Below, one piece after another: positions 63,417 through 64,000 of a stretch of 64,000 nucleotides of DNA. Source of the DNA: Promethearchaeota archaeon (GTDB taxonomy: Archaea; Asgardarchaeota; Lokiarchaeia; Sigyniarchaeales; SOKP01); the NCBI GenBank assembly GCA_016839555.1, contig JAEOUA010000006.1, positions 160,001 to 224,000 on the forward strand. Direction: 5' to 3'. The translations under genes were made by a program, and so were the position numbers. The notes under the pieces are model-generated. The model was not told the origin of the DNA. It worked only from the letters and a program-made list of their open reading frames with translations, and searched no databases. Every line of letters starts with the position of its first letter. The first letter of the stretch is position 1.

Positions 63417-63947
63417 TTAGGTAAATCGTTCATCTAATAAGACTCCACAATTTGGGCAAAATTTCTTTTTTCTCTCAAACGGTTCAATCGTACCATATTT
63501 TTCTAATTGTTCCCTTAGATATTTATATATATCATGAAACATCTCATCTTCAATTGAGATTAATTCTAAGTTACCTTCTTCATATAATTTTATTTTTTCT
63601 TTCTTTCGTTCGAGATATTCCTTCCCAAAATAGCCCCAATATTCAATATATACATCAAAATCAGGTAAATACCAATCATATTTTATAATATGACCATTTA
63701 CTCTAATTTCGCCCTCGTAGATATGTTTAATCTTTAATCGGTAAAGGTAATTATCAATAATTAGTTCTCCTCGAGATTTTACAATATGCCCATCTAGGCA
63801 CTTCAATTGTTCTGGATATTCTGAAGTATCTCCTTCTTTGGAGTCCTTTAATGATTTTCCAATAAAATAATGGATTGTAGTAAATAGAAGTGTTAAAACC
63901 ACTCCACCAAAAAAGAAAAATAAAAATATTTTTCCCGTGAAATACAC
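63417..63947 (-). CDS. Membrane-anchored restriction-like nuclease domain with C-terminal Zn ribbon
   Basis: N-terminal TM; DGHIVKSRGELIIDNYL..YE..YDWYLP..YIEYWG; CPNCG. Confidence 0.6.
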   Translation of the reverse strand: MYFTGKIFLFFFFGGVVLTLLFTTIHYFIGKSLKDSKEGDTSEYPEQLKCLDGHIVKSRGELIIDNYLYRLKIKHIYEGEIRVNGHIIKYDWYLPDFDVYIEYWGYFGKEYLERKKEKIKLYEEGNLELISIEDEMFHDIYKYLREQLEKYGTIEPFERKKKFCPNCGVLLDERFT

Positions 63948-64000
63948 CCCAAGAGATATATATAAATCAGAGTATATAAATATAATAGGACTTTTGGATT

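Noticed and set aside
1609-63688. Many short ORFs antisense to or nested in long genes (e.g. 2436-2756, 3771-4106, 42611-43051, 50707-51252, 57463-57909)
   Set aside because: They are shadow frames of well-supported genes, with F/S/L/I-rich composition and no recognisable motifs.
1-64000. CRISPR array, tRNA/rRNA genes, integrase or transposase
   Set aside because: I saw no regularly spaced repeat-spacer units, structured GC-rich RNA genes or recombinase motifs by eye. The Cas4-like domain is part of a helicase fusion with no cas1/cas2 nearby. A tRNAscan/CRISPR scan would confirm.

Overview
This is very AT-rich archaeal DNA, most likely from an Asgard archaeon (Lokiarchaeia/Promethearchaeota-like). 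That call is an inference from the Loki-type ubiquitin-like domain, the wHTH-TPR proteins, the SCP2 proteins and the coiled-coil/Zn-ribbon paralogues. Positions ~1-24.7 kb form a defence-island-like block with these parts: (i) a Pol-beta nucleotidyltransferase with a decayed nuclease partner; (ii) a type II R-M locus (two amino-MTases, an HTH regulator and a TdeIII/MjaII-family endonuclease); (iii) a wHTH-TPR regulator facing, across a perfect palindrome, a tight 4-gene operon (ubiquitin-like-GG/multi-Zn-finger fusion, wHTH protein, PD-(D/E)xK-like nuclease, Schlafen/AlbA_2 protein); (iv) a 1605-aa Fe-S nuclease/RNase H-like/UPF1-Dna2-type helicase that is head-to-head with a 911-aa long Argonaute carrying an extra N-terminal Zn module. 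The Argonaute-helicase pair and the Ubl operon are the best candidates for undescribed systems. Positions 25-52 kb are accessory metabolism with duplications and decay: a duplicated M28 peptidase, a ~10.6-kb segment bounded by direct repeats of a CMD-gene promoter, a 7-gene sugar catabolic operon, a B12-protein/opine dehydrogenase pair, VapBC and several frameshifts. Positions 52-64 kb look like core genome: three tandem coiled-coil/Zn-ribbon paralogues, an M20 deacylase, aroK and queC/D/E. I saw no rRNA, tRNA, CRISPR array, integrase or transposase. All calls come from motif recognition by eye; no searches were run.
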